DNA of 64,000 bases, taken from an uncultured Solirubrobacterales bacterium. Lineage in GTDB: Bacteria; Actinomycetota; Thermoleophilia; Solirubrobacterales; 70-9. This document shows positions 9,427 through 22,561 of the stretch, one piece after another (within the stretch, counting starts at the first letter, position 1; every line of letters starts with the position of its first letter). The notes under the pieces were generated by a model that saw only the letters and a program-made list of their open reading frames with translations, did not search any database and had not been told where the DNA came from. The stretch lies in assembly GCA_963735255.1 (NCBI GenBank), contig CAVTKC010000003.1, positions 12,995 to 76,994 on the forward strand, given 5' to 3'. A program made the translations under genes and the position numbers.

Positions 9427-9840
9427 TCATCCCTGAGCGATAGCGAGAAACGCCTCGGCCCGATCCCGATCTTTCTGGGCCCGCGCAAAATCGGCGCTGT
9501 CCTTCTCGTGCTCGGACAGCCGCTGCTCGGCGTCCGCCAGCTGCTCTTTCAGCTTGCCGGCATCGAGATCCTCGGGGGCGATCGCCTCCTCGACCAGGAG
9601 CCGGGCGCGGTTGCCGAACATCTGCAGCCAGCCGTGGGCCTGGGCGTAGCGCACGGTCTCGGAGTCGGAGACGTGCAGGCGCAGCTCGGTCGGCCGCAGT
9701 GCCGCCAGCAACGGCGCGTGGTTGGCGAGGATGCCGATTTCGCCGACCTCGGTGCGGGTCGAGACCTGCTGAACCTCGCCCTCGAAGACCTCCCCCTCCG
9801 GGGTCAGGACCTCGACGTCGAGTTTGTGGTCGGCAGCCAT
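9427..9840 (-). CDS. atpC: F1 ATP synthase epsilon subunit
   Basis: Last gene of the atp operon. LDVEVLTPEGEVFEGEV..ILANHAPLL is the typical epsilon N-terminal barrel. Confidence 0.93.
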   Translation of the reverse strand: MAADHKLDVEVLTPEGEVFEGEVQQVSTRTEVGEIGILANHAPLLAALRPTELRLHVSDSETVRYAQAHGWLQMFGNRARLLVEEAIAPEDLDAGKLKEQLADAEQRLSEHEKDSADFARAQKDRDRAEAFLAIAQG

Positions 9841-9849
9841 CGCAGCGTC

Positions 9850-12239
<2,390 letters not shown>

Positions 12240-12257
12240 GACGGAACCCGGACCTGA

Positions 12258-13874
<1,617 letters not shown>

Positions 13875-13891
13875 CGGGTGCTAGCTCCTCC

Positions 13892-14425
13892 TTACGCCGC
13901 GCTCGCGACGGTCTTTCGAAGTTTCTCCAGGCGACTGCGGATGCTCGCGTCCAGGACCATGTTGCCGACCTGCAGGACGATGCCGCCGAGGATGTCGTTG
14001 TCGACGCGACTGGACAGCTCGACCCCCTCGCCGGTCTGGCGTTCGACCTCTTCGCCGATCCGCTTGACCACGGCTTCGTCGAGGTCGACGGCGCTGGTGA
14101 CGGTGACGTCGAGGCGGCGGTTCTCCTTCTTCCAGAGCTCGTCGAACTCGCGGCGGATGCGGAAGATCTCCGGCATCCGGTGCTTCTCGATCAACAGCTC
14201 GAGGAAATTCGTCAACTCCGGCTCAGCGCCGGAGATCGCCCGCCCCAGGCCCTCCCGCTTGTCGGCGGAAGAGAGGTAGGGACTGAACAGGAACACCTGC
14301 AGTTCCTGGTTGCGGTCGACCGCGTCGGCGAACTGACCCAGCTGCGACTGCAGCGAGTCGAGCTTGCCTTTGTCCTTGCCCGCCTCGAAGAGGGCATCGG
14401 CGTATACGTGGGCGACCTCGGGCAT
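13892..14425 (-). CDS. atpH: F1 ATP synthase delta (OSCP) subunit
   Basis: Position between atpF and atpA. VAHVYADALFEAG... and the C-terminal GGIVLQVGNMVLDASIRSRLEKL. Confidence 0.9.
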   Translation of the reverse strand: MPEVAHVYADALFEAGKDKGKLDSLQSQLGQFADAVDRNQELQVFLFSPYLSSADKREGLGRAISGAEPELTNFLELLIEKHRMPEIFRIRREFDELWKKENRRLDVTVTSAVDLDEAVVKRIGEEVERQTGEGVELSSRVDNDILGGIVLQVGNMVLDASIRSRLEKLRKTVASAA

Positions 14426-15004
14426 CTAGTTCTTCTCCGCCCCCGAGAGCGAGGAGAAGTCGACCTCGGCGAGGGCCTCCTCGACGAGCCGCTTCTGGTC
14501 CTCGCCGGAGAGGCTCTTGCGGGTGACCTTCTCGGTCGCCAGCACGGTCAGATCGGCGACCTCGCCGCGAATCTGCTCCAGGGAACGCCGGGTCTCGGCT
14601 TCGATGTCGCGCTTCGCCTGGGAGACCAGCTCCTCGCGTTTCTCGCGGCCCGCCGCCGTGGCCTCGGCCTCGGCGGTCTCGGCCGCTTTGCGGGCGCGGG
14701 CCATGATGTCGTCGGCCTGCTCACGGGCCTCGGCCAGTCGCCCGCGGTACTCGGTCAGCAGCTCGTCGGATTCGCGGCGCTGCCGCTCGGCCGCGTCGAG
14801 CGACTCGGCGATCGTCTTCGCCCGTTTGTCCAGGGCCTCCTGGATTTTCGGGAAGGCGAGCTTGCTGAGGACCCACATCGTGAACCCGAACAGCACCAGG
14901 GTCCAGATCATCAGACCCAGGCCCGGGGAGACGAGGAAGCTGCCACCGCCTTCCTCGCCGTGCGCCTCTGCCGCCAGCGGAACTATGTAGCCGAGCAGCT
15001 CCAT
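14426..15004 (-). CDS. atpF: Fo ATP synthase subunit b
   Basis: A single N-terminal TM helix followed by a long charged coiled coil (AEAREQADDIMARARKAAE...). Position in the operon also fits. Confidence 0.9.
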   Translation of the reverse strand: MELLGYIVPLAAEAHGEEGGGSFLVSPGLGLMIWTLVLFGFTMWVLSKLAFPKIQEALDKRAKTIAESLDAAERQRRESDELLTEYRGRLAEAREQADDIMARARKAAETAEAEATAAGREKREELVSQAKRDIEAETRRSLEQIRGEVADLTVLATEKVTRKSLSGEDQKRLVEEALAEVDFSSLSGAEKN

Positions 15005-15008
15005 CTGC

Positions 15009-15275
15009 CTAGAGGAAGAAGGCGATGAGGCCGAAGATGAACGTGTAGAAGGCCACGGCCTCGGTCAGCGCGAAGCCGAGCCAGCGGATGCTCTGGAGCT
15101 CGTCTTTCATCTCGGGCTGGCGGGCGACCGACTCGATCTCCTTACCGAAGATGAAGCCGATGCCGATGCCGGCGCCGATCGAGCCGAGGCCCGCACCGAC
15201 ACCGAGGGCGATTGCCTTGCCGGCAGCTTCCACGCCTTCGTCAGAGACGGCGGCGACGACAGGGGACAGGTCCAT
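15009..15275 (-). CDS. atpE: Fo ATP synthase subunit c
   Basis: 88-aa two-helix proteolipid: GAGIGIGFIFGK...FALTEAVAFY (carboxylate Glu in helix 2). Confidence 0.95.
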   Translation of the reverse strand: MDLSPVVAAVSDEGVEAAGKAIALGVGAGLGSIGAGIGIGFIFGKEIESVARQPEMKDELQSIRWLGFALTEAVAFYTFIFGLIAFFL

Positions 15276-15293
15276 TTGAAAAGTGCTCCTTTT

Positions 15294-16274
15294 CTAGTGA
15301 CTGGCGGAGGTAGCTCCGCCGAGGTAGATGGCAGTGAGGGTCGAGAAGATAAATGCCTGCAGGGTCGCGATCAGGCCGACCTCGAGGATGAAGAAGAAGA
15401 AGGCGAGGGGGAAGGTGAGGGCTCCCAGCGCCGCGATCCCGAGCAGGACCGCGAGCCCGCCGCCCATGAAGAGCAGCAGCAGGTGGCCGGCGAGGATGTT
15501 GGCGAAAAGCCGGACGGAGAGGGAGATCAGGCGGGCGAAGTGCGAGATCGCCTCGATGATGAAGATGAAGCCCTTGGCGGCCGGGTTCATGTCCTCCAGG
15601 CCCGGCGGCAACCAGCTGGCGAGGTACTTGAAGAGGCCCTTGGCCCTGATCCCCTCGACGTGGTAGGAGACCCAGACGACCAGGGTCAGGACCAGCGGGA
15701 TCGAGAGGTTGGCGGTGGCGGCGTAGATCGCGAAAGAGGGGATTTCGAGCCCGAAGACGTTGACCGTGTGCTCGGTGTTGGTCGGCAGCGGAATGAACCC
15801 GATCATGTTCGAGAACCAGATCCAGAAGAAGAGGGCGGCGAGGAAGGGGAACCATTTACGCGCCATCTCCTTGTCCAGGCTGCCGCCGGCGATCGTGTTT
15901 TTGGTCATGTCGTAGGCGACCTCGATCGCGGTCTGGGTGCGGTTCGGCTTCTGCTGCATCCGCTTGGCGATCCAGACCATCACCCCGATCGTCAGGACGC
16001 TGGCAAGGAGCAGGTAGAAGACCGCCTTGTTGATGCTCATGTCGATGCCGGCAATGTGGATCGAGACCCACGGTTCGAGTTTGAACTCGTTCTGGGGCTG
16101 GAAATCTTCGTTTTTGCCCGAGCTGCCGAAGATCAGGAACATCAGGATCGCTACCGCGAAGTAGGCGCCGAGGCCGATGAAGACCTTGGCTTTGGTGCTG
16201 AGGCCGTTCTTGACGGCGTCGTCAGCAGCGAGCTCGACCGCCTCCGCGGTCGCCGGGGCTCCCTTCTCGGCCAC
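15294..16274 (-). CDS. atpB: Fo ATP synthase subunit a
   Basis: Polytopic membrane protein with LSVRLFANILAGHLLL (essential Arg motif). GTG start at 16274. Confidence 0.93.
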   Translation of the reverse strand: MAEKGAPATAEAVELAADDAVKNGLSTKAKVFIGLGAYFAVAILMFLIFGSSGKNEDFQPQNEFKLEPWVSIHIAGIDMSINKAVFYLLLASVLTIGVMVWIAKRMQQKPNRTQTAIEVAYDMTKNTIAGGSLDKEMARKWFPFLAALFFWIWFSNMIGFIPLPTNTEHTVNVFGLEIPSFAIYAATANLSIPLVLTLVVWVSYHVEGIRAKGLFKYLASWLPPGLEDMNPAAKGFIFIIEAISHFARLISLSVRLFANILAGHLLLLFMGGGLAVLLGIAALGALTFPLAFFFFILEVGLIATLQAFIFSTLTAIYLGGATSASH

Positions 16275-16651
16275 TATGCCCCCTGTCCCTCGGGCTCGCC
16301 GAAGAGGTGAGCCAGCCCCTGCGCGGCGAAGGAAATCGTGAACAGGACCAAGACCAGGACCGCGGCGGCGAGGCCGGCTTCACGTTCGCCAAGCAGGCCG
16401 ACCAGAAGGACCGCGGTCGCCATCAGCCAGACGCGGGCGAGCGTGGTCGCGCCGACGATGCCCATCGCCTTCTGGCGGTTGCCGGCCTTGAGCTCCTCCT
16501 GGGAGCGCTTGGCGGCCACCATCTGGATCCCGCGCTGGGCCAGCCAGGCGGCGGCGCCGACCGCGTAACCGAGCATGGGCAGCCCGCCCAGCAGAAAGAC
16601 TGCGAGAGCGACGGCCAGCAGCAGTAGGTCGACGTACTTGGGAGGAGACAT
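16274..16651 (-). CDS. AtpI-like small membrane protein (first gene of the atp operon)
   Basis: 125-aa hydrophobic protein directly upstream of atpB (stop and start share 1 nt). Assignment rests on position and hydropathy only. Confidence 0.6.
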   Translation of the reverse strand: MSPPKYVDLLLLAVALAVFLLGGLPMLGYAVGAAAWLAQRGIQMVAAKRSQEELKAGNRQKAMGIVGATTLARVWLMATAVLLVGLLGEREAGLAAAVLVLVLFTISFAAQGLAHLFGEPEGQGA

Positions 16652-16762
16652 AATCAGGAAAGGCTGAAAAACATTGCCCGGCTCGGGCGAGCGGGCGGAC
16701 TGGCGACTATATCCGAACCACCCCGGGAATGGCTTTGTGAAGCCACTTCGTGAGGGTTGCCA

Positions 16763-17881
16763 CTACCCCGGCGGGTCCAGCTCGATCGCCTCGAACTCAC
16801 CCGTCTCCGGGTTTATCCGCCCCCGGCGCAGCTTCAGGATCTCCAGCACGTAGACCAGGTAGACGCTGGCGGCGAGCGCCGCGATCAGCAATACCGCCAT
16901 CACCGCGGTCCAGAGCACGTCGAAATGCCCGTGGTTGTCGCTGTAGGGGACAAAGCGCAGGGCCAGCGCCAGCGCCGCCATCACCAGGGTCCAGGCGTAA
17001 AGATAGGCGACCGTGCGCCGCTGCGAGAAGCCGATGTTGGCCATGCGGTGGTGGAAGTGCCAGCTGTCCGCCTGGTAGATCGGCTGGCGGTATTTGAGCC
17101 GCTTGGCGACGACGAAGCCGGTATCGAGGATCGGCACCGCGAGCACGATCAGCGGGAAGGCGAGGGCGATCACCGCGTTCGTCTTCAGCGCCCCCTGAAC
17201 CGAGGCGGTCGCGAGCAGGAAGCCGAGCAGGTTGGAGCCGGTGTCCCCCATGAAGCTGGAGGCAGGCGGGAAGCCGTGGCGGAGGAAGCCGAGCGCGGCG
17301 CCGGCGGTCAATGCCGCCAGCACCCCGGCGGCGTTGCGTTCGAGCGAGAGCGCGATCGCGGCGAGCGTGATCGCGGCGATCGTGCAGACGCCGGCGGCGA
17401 GCCCGTCGACGCCGTCGAGGAAATTGATCACGTTGACCACGGCGACGATCCCCAGCACCGTCAGCGGGTAGGCGAGCCAGCCGAGCTCGAAGCCGCCGAC
17501 GAAGGGCAACGTGAGGTTGTCGACGCGGACGCCGGCCAGGACCGGGATCAGCGCCGCGCCGATCTGGCCGAGCAGCTTCGGCAGCGCGGAGACGCCGCGG
17601 ACGTCGTCGATGACCCCGACCGCGGCGATCGCCACCGCGCCGATCAGGATCGAGTGGCTCTGGCCGTCGCCGGGGAGCCAGATCCAGCCGGCCGCCTCGA
17701 CCGCGACCAGGATTGCCAGGCCGGAGAGGCGCGGCATCGGTTTGTCGTGCAGCCCGCGCGGCTTCGGCATGTCGATCGCGCCGACCCGGAAGGCCAGCTT
17801 CTCGGCGTAGGGAACGAGCAGCCAGGCGATCGCCGCGGCGGCGATGAAGGCGAGGACGGCGTCGGTGGTCGTCGGGCCCAT
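16763..17881 (-). CDS. wecA: MraY/WecA-family polyprenyl-phosphate N-acetylhexosamine-1-phosphate transferase
   Basis: Polytopic GT4-family protein: AVNVINFLDGVDGLA...FMGDTGSNLLGF. It occupies the rfe/wecA position upstream of the atp operon, as in mycobacteria. Confidence 0.88.
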   Translation of the reverse strand: MGPTTTDAVLAFIAAAAIAWLLVPYAEKLAFRVGAIDMPKPRGLHDKPMPRLSGLAILVAVEAAGWIWLPGDGQSHSILIGAVAIAAVGVIDDVRGVSALPKLLGQIGAALIPVLAGVRVDNLTLPFVGGFELGWLAYPLTVLGIVAVVNVINFLDGVDGLAAGVCTIAAITLAAIALSLERNAAGVLAALTAGAALGFLRHGFPPASSFMGDTGSNLLGFLLATASVQGALKTNAVIALAFPLIVLAVPILDTGFVVAKRLKYRQPIYQADSWHFHHRMANIGFSQRRTVAYLYAWTLVMAALALALRFVPYSDNHGHFDVLWTAVMAVLLIAALAASVYLVYVLEILKLRRGRINPETGEFEAIELDPPG

Positions 17882-17920
17882 GCTCAGTGCGCCCGGGGGG
17901 AGGAAACGGGCCGGTTCAGG

Positions 17921-18937
17921 CTACTTGGAGGGGCGGGCGGCGGCGAGTGCGCCCTCGACCAGGACGGCGGCATCGCGGGGGTCGCGGACCCCCGGCTCGG
18001 AGGTCCGCTTGCGCAGCTGCAAGGCCGCCGGGTCCTCGAGCACCCGCAGCCGCCCTGCCTCGATCAACGTCTCGTCGACCCCGCCCATGCGTCCGGTGAA
18101 GGTGGTGAAGACGGGGGTGCCGAGGGCGACGGCCTCGCGGTTCATCGTCCCCCCCGCGCTGACCACGAGGTCGGCGTAGGCGATCAGGCTCTGGGCGTCG
18201 ATCGCCCGCTCGGGGACGATCAGGCTGGCGGCGGCGAGCGCCCGCACCGCCTCCCCCTGGGCAGCGGTGCGCGGGATCACCACGGCCTGCGCCTCCGGCG
18301 CCGCCGCGAGCCGGTCGATCGTCGCCCCGTAGAGGTCGTTGCGCGCGTGGTACTCGGAGGTCTCCGGCGGCGGCCGCACGACCACGAGCACCTTCTCGCG
18401 ATCGAGCCCGAGCTCACCGAGCACGGCCGGATCCGGCTCGAACCCGTTCAGGTAGTACTCCTCCTTCAGCCCCGGGTAGCGGACCAGCTTCTTCCCCTTG
18501 ACCCCGAGCTTGGCCATGCGATCGAGCGGAATCGTCTCCGGCACCAGCACCCGCCGCGCCAACCGAAAGGCGATCTGCCGCTGCAACTGCGCGAACTCGT
18601 AGTCCTGCATCTGCACCGACGGGACCCGGAAACACGCCGAGACCAACGCAAGATCGACCGACCCGTGCGCGATCGCCAGCTGCGGCCGCCGCTCCCAGAC
18701 AATCCGCGCAAGCCGCGCCGACCGCCCCCCGAGCGCCCGCACCTTCCCGAACTTGGAACCGCCCCCGTGCTCACCGACGACCGTGTGCTCCATCCCAAGC
18801 CGGTCGAGAATCCCAACGGTCTGCCCGTACTCCCGCGCGGTGATGAACACCTCGTGCCCATCGGCTTCCAGCCGCTCGACAATCGGCCTCAGCACCAATG
18901 GGTGCGCGGCGGCGGTGCAATCGACCCAAACCAGCAT
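17921..18937 (-). CDS. DUF354-like GT-B fold protein (putative glycosyltransferase/epimerase-like)
   Basis: MLVWVDCTAAAHPLVLRPIVERLEADGHEVFITAREYGQT...VVSAGGTMNREAVALGTPV resembles the DUF354 family as I recall it. Function unknown. Confidence 0.55.
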   Translation of the reverse strand: MLVWVDCTAAAHPLVLRPIVERLEADGHEVFITAREYGQTVGILDRLGMEHTVVGEHGGGSKFGKVRALGGRSARLARIVWERRPQLAIAHGSVDLALVSACFRVPSVQMQDYEFAQLQRQIAFRLARRVLVPETIPLDRMAKLGVKGKKLVRYPGLKEEYYLNGFEPDPAVLGELGLDREKVLVVVRPPPETSEYHARNDLYGATIDRLAAAPEAQAVVIPRTAAQGEAVRALAAASLIVPERAIDAQSLIAYADLVVSAGGTMNREAVALGTPVFTTFTGRMGGVDETLIEAGRLRVLEDPAALQLRKRTSEPGVRDPRDAAVLVEGALAAARPSK

Positions 18938-18989
18938 CGGGCGACCCTAGCTATCGAAGGCGCCTCGAACCCTCGAGGATGGAGAGCCC

Positions 18990-20285
18990 CTAAACCGCGC
19001 TGGGCGTCAACTGCGGATACAACGGATACCGATCCATTAAAGCCCCGGTCCGGTCGCCCAGTTCCGCCTTCTGCGCCTCGAAGTCATCCCCAAGCGCGCC
19101 GGCGATAACCGCGGCGATCTCGCGCATGTCGTCCTCGCCCATCCCCCGCGTGGTCAGCGCCGGCGTCCCGATCCGCAATCCGGACGGGTTCATCGGCGGC
19201 CGCGGGTCGAACGGGATCGCGTTGCGGTTGACGGTGATCCCGACCTCATCGAGCCGGTCCTCGGCCGCCTGCCCGTCGAGCCCGGTCGGGGTCAGGTCGA
19301 CCAGGACCAGGTGCACGTCGGTGCCGCCGGTGAGAACCGGGATGCCGTCGGCTTCGAGGCCGGCGGCAAATGCCTGGGCGTTGGCGATCGTCTGCCGCTG
19401 GCGCGCGGCGAACTGCTCGCTGGCGGCGATCTTCAACGCCACCGCCTTGGCGGCGATGGTGTGCATCAGCGGACCACCCTGCTGACCCGGGAAAATCGCT
19501 TTGTCGACCGCTTTCGCGTGCTCCTCGCGGCAGAGGATCATGCCGCTGCGCGGGCCGCAGAGGGTCTTGTGGATCGTCGTCGTGACCACGTCGGCGTGCG
19601 GGACCGGGTTCGGGTGCTCACCGGCGGCGACGAGCCCGGCGAAGTGGGCCATGTCGACCATCAGCTTCGCCCCGACCGAGTCGGCGATCTCGCGGAAGGC
19701 GGCGAAGTCGAGCTGGCGCGGGTAGGCGGACCAACCGGCGACGATCAGCGCCGGCTTGTGCGCCGCGGCCAACTGCGCGACCTCGTCCATGTCGACCCGC
19801 AGGTCGTCGCGACGCACGTGGTAGGGGACCGGGTTGTAGAGCTTGCCGGAGACGTTCAGCTTCATCCCGTGGCTGAGATGGCCGCCGTGGTCGAGGGCGA
19901 GGCCGAGAATCGTGTCGCCGGGCTCGATCAATGCCATGTAGGCGGCGTTGTTGGCCTGGGCGCCGGCGTGGGCCTGGACGTTGGCGTGGTCGGCGCCGAA
20001 CAGCTCCTTGGCGCGGGCGATGGCCAGCTCCTCGGCGACGTCGACCTCCTCGCAACCGCCGTAATAGCGGCGGCCCGGGTAGCCCTCGGCGTACTTGTTG
20101 GTCAACACGGAGCCGACCGCGTCGAGCACCGCCTGCGGCACGAAGTTCTCCGAGGCGATCATCTCCAGGGTGCGCTGCTGGCGGCGCAACTCGCCGTCGA
20201 GGACGGCGCCGATCTCGGGATCGACCTCGGCCAGCGGCGCGGTTTGGAAGTTCTCGGGCAGCTCGCTCATCGGTCGGTCGACCAT
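18990..20285 (-). CDS. glyA: Serine hydroxymethyltransferase
   Basis: [40 protein letters not shown]...[15 protein letters not shown] (PLP Lys). Start is ATG at 20285 or 20270. The 774-aa track ORF has an artefactual N-terminus. Confidence 0.95.
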   Translation of the reverse strand: MVDRPMSELPENFQTAPLAEVDPEIGAVLDGELRRQQRTLEMIASENFVPQAVLDAVGSVLTNKYAEGYPGRRYYGGCEEVDVAEELAIARAKELFGADHANVQAHAGAQANNAAYMALIEPGDTILGLALDHGGHLSHGMKLNVSGKLYNPVPYHVRRDDLRVDMDEVAQLAAAHKPALIVAGWSAYPRQLDFAAFREIADSVGAKLMVDMAHFAGLVAAGEHPNPVPHADVVTTTIHKTLCGPRSGMILCREEHAKAVDKAIFPGQQGGPLMHTIAAKAVALKIAASEQFAARQRQTIANAQAFAAGLEADGIPVLTGGTDVHLVLVDLTPTGLDGQAAEDRLDEVGITVNRNAIPFDPRPPMNPSGLRIGTPALTTRGMGEDDMREIAAVIAGALGDDFEAQKAELGDRTGALMDRYPLYPQLTPSAV

Positions 20286-20312
20286 AGCAACGGCCCGGGA
20301 TATTCTGGCCGG

Positions 20313-21071
20313 GTGAGAGCACGCCTGACCGCACTCGCGCTGATCCTCGCCACCGGACTGCTCACCGCCGGCTCCGCCGCCGCGGAGGAGAACCCCTGCA
20401 CCGAGCCCGAAGCCCCGGAGCTGCTCTGCCCGAACCTGCGAATCGGCCCGCCGACCGACCTCTACGTCCAGGACGGCTACGGCCGCCGCCTGTTGCGGGC
20501 GACCAGCGACGTGCGCAGCCGCGGTCGCGGCCCGATCGAGGTGCGGGGCCGGCGCAACGGCCGCCGCTCGATGCGCACGACCCAGCGGATCTACCGTGTC
20601 GGCGGCGGCCACCTCACCGTGCCCAGCGCCGCCACCCTGCGCTTCACCGACGTCGGCGCCTACTTCGGCGGCGCCTACTGGAAGGTCCACCAGCTGGCCC
20701 GCTTCGAGCTGCGGCGGGCGACGCCGAGCGGCGAGCTCGGCGAGGTCGTCCGCACCAGCCCCAAGCTCAACTACTGCCTGCGTGACCTCGAGCGCACCCG
20801 CGCCGGCCGCCGCTCTCCCGACAACCGCCACTACCCCGGCTGCAACCAGAACCCGTTCCGCAAGCGCGTCACCCTCGGCACCTCGGTCGGCTGGTCGGAC
20901 ATCTACCCGGCCGACTACGACAAGCAGTACATCGACGTCGCCGGCCTGCGCGGCTGCTTCGCCTTCGTCATGACCGTCGATCCGGAGAACCTGCTGTTCG
21001 AGTCCGACGAGGACGACAACAGCTCCCGCCGCCTTGTCCGCCTGCCCTTCCGCGCCGACGCCGGCTGCTAG
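20313..21071 (+). CDS. Secreted lysyl-oxidase-like domain protein
   Basis: GTG at 20313, signal peptide [96 protein letters not shown] aligns by eye to the LOX catalytic domain (LPDL..[37 protein letters not shown]). Confidence 0.65.
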   Translation: MRARLTALALILATGLLTAGSAAAEENPCTEPEAPELLCPNLRIGPPTDLYVQDGYGRRLLRATSDVRSRGRGPIEVRGRRNGRRSMRTTQRIYRVGGGHLTVPSAATLRFTDVGAYFGGAYWKVHQLARFELRRATPSGELGEVVRTSPKLNYCLRDLERTRAGRRSPDNRHYPGCNQNPFRKRVTLGTSVGWSDIYPADYDKQYIDVAGLRGCFAFVMTVDPENLLFESDEDDNSSRRLVRLPFRADAGC

Positions 21072-21718
21072 CCGAGCCCGACCGATTCGAGCACGCTCGC
21101 CAGATCCCCGGCGGAGAGGGCACCGTCGCGGACCACCTCCCAGCTGCCGTCCTCCTCGATCGTGGCGATGTCGACCACGGTCGAGGGCAATCCCGGCAGG
21201 GTGCCGGCGTCGATCACCAGATCGACGCGATCGAGGATCTCCGCCGGCACCTGCTCGACGCTGGCCGGAGCGAAGCGGCCGCTGAGGTTGGCCGAGGTCT
21301 GGAAGACCGGGCACATGGCGCCGGCCAGCGGCCCCGAGATGAGACGGATGCCGAGGCGGTCGATGTCTTCGCGACAGGCGAGCGGGTAGCGGTGTCCGTG
21401 GTTGGCGACGATCAGCGTCACCGGTCCCGGCATCAGAGCGCTGACCGCGGCGGCGGTGCGCGGGCCGAGGCCGGCGACGAGCTCGCGCATCGCCAGCGGC
21501 GAGAAGTACATCACCGCCGAGGATTTGCCCTCGTCGCGGCCCTTGAGGCGGTGGATGCGCGCGATCGCGGTCGCTTCGAGGGGATCGCAGGCGAGACCGT
21601 AGAGCCCGTCAGAGGGGAAGACCGCGACGCCGCCGGCGGCAATGCAGGTCTCCAATGCCTTGCGGGTAACCGAGGCAGCGCCGGCCTCGACCGCGACGAT
21701 TTGCGGCCCGCCGCTCAT
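21068..21718 (-). CDS. tsaC: L-threonylcarbamoyladenylate synthase (TsaC/YwlC/Sua5 family)
   Basis: [16 protein letters not shown]...[17 protein letters not shown]...[11 protein letters not shown]...PSTVVD. ATGA overlap with the prmC stop. Same synteny as Mtb Rv1301. Confidence 0.88.
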   Translation of the reverse strand: MSGGPQIVAVEAGAASVTRKALETCIAAGGVAVFPSDGLYGLACDPLEATAIARIHRLKGRDEGKSSAVMYFSPLAMRELVAGLGPRTAAAVSALMPGPVTLIVANHGHRYPLACREDIDRLGIRLISGPLAGAMCPVFQTSANLSGRFAPASVEQVPAEILDRVDLVIDAGTLPGLPSTVVDIATIEEDGSWEVVRDGALSAGDLASVLESVGLG

Positions 21719-22560
21719 CGCTCTCCCACCACGACGCGCTCGATCCCGGCCAGGTCGCGGCGGCTCTCCGTCCGCGCGTAGCCGGCCTCGCGCAGCAGCT
21801 CGGCGACCGCGGGCGCCTGCCCCACCCCCAGCTCCAGCGCGAGCGCAGCCCTTGGCTCGGCCGCCTCGCGAACGCCCTCCGCCACCAGAGCCCGGATCGC
21901 GTCGAGCCCATCGGCACCGGCGAGCAGCGCCTCGCGCGGCTCCCACTGGGTGACCTCGGGCTGCAGCGAGGCCCAATCGCGCTCGGCGACGTAGGGCAGG
22001 TTGGCGACGATCAGGTCGAAGCTCTCGGCTGCCGGCAGCGAGCCTGGAAGGAAGCGGACGCGGTCGGCGAAGCCGAGGCGCTCGGCGTTGGCGCGGGCGA
22101 CGTCCAAAGCCGCCGCCGAAGTGTCGGTCGCGGTCACCTCGCAACTCGGAAGCTCGTCGGCGACAGCGAGGGCGATCGCGCCGGAGCCGGTACCGACGTC
22201 GAGCAGTCGCCGCGGTGCCCGCTCGAGCGCGAGTTCGACCAGCAGCTCGGTCTCCGGCCGCGGCACCAGCACCCGCCGGTCGACGGCGAGATCGAGATTG
22301 CGGAAGCCCTTGCGGCCGACGATGTAGGCGACCGGCTCGCGCCGCAGTCGCCGCCGCACCATCTCCCCGAACAGCCGGGCGGCCGGCGGCGCAACCTCCG
22401 CCCGCGGATCGGCAGCCAGAGTCGCCCGGTCGTTCCCGGTCGCCTCGGCCAACAGCACTTCAGCGTCCAGCCGGGGATCGGCAATCCCGACCGCCCGCAA
22501 TGCATCCGTGGCGGCGTCCAAAGCCTGTCTAGAGCTACTGGCGCGCGTCGTCAGATTCAC
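21715..22560 (-). CDS. prmC: Release-factor glutamine N5-methyltransferase PrmC/HemK
   Basis: REPVAYIVGRKGFRNLDL...LLDVGTGSGAIALAVA...DLIVANLPYV. GTG at 22560 sits immediately after the prfA stop. The catalytic tetrad reads NLPY rather than NPPY. Confidence 0.85.
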   Translation of the reverse strand: MNLTTRASSSRQALDAATDALRAVGIADPRLDAEVLLAEATGNDRATLAADPRAEVAPPAARLFGEMVRRRLRREPVAYIVGRKGFRNLDLAVDRRVLVPRPETELLVELALERAPRRLLDVGTGSGAIALAVADELPSCEVTATDTSAAALDVARANAERLGFADRVRFLPGSLPAAESFDLIVANLPYVAERDWASLQPEVTQWEPREALLAGADGLDAIRALVAEGVREAAEPRAALALELGVGQAPAVAELLREAGYARTESRRDLAGIERVVVGER

Positions 22561-22561
22561 G

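Noticed and set aside
16757-19108. Very long ORFs antisense to well-supported genes: 16757-19108 (+, 783 aa), 9508-11322 (+), 12351-14279 (+), 28915-31374 (+), 37468-40356 (+), 41522-43675 (-), 45302-46765 (-), 46747-48120 (-)
   Set aside because: Their translations are Arg/Ala/Gly/Pro/Asp-rich low-complexity strings with no recognisable motifs. They lie opposite genes with textbook motifs (atp, wecA, mutase, PepA, ALDH, ACAD). They are the expected stop-codon-poor shadow frames of ~70% GC DNA.
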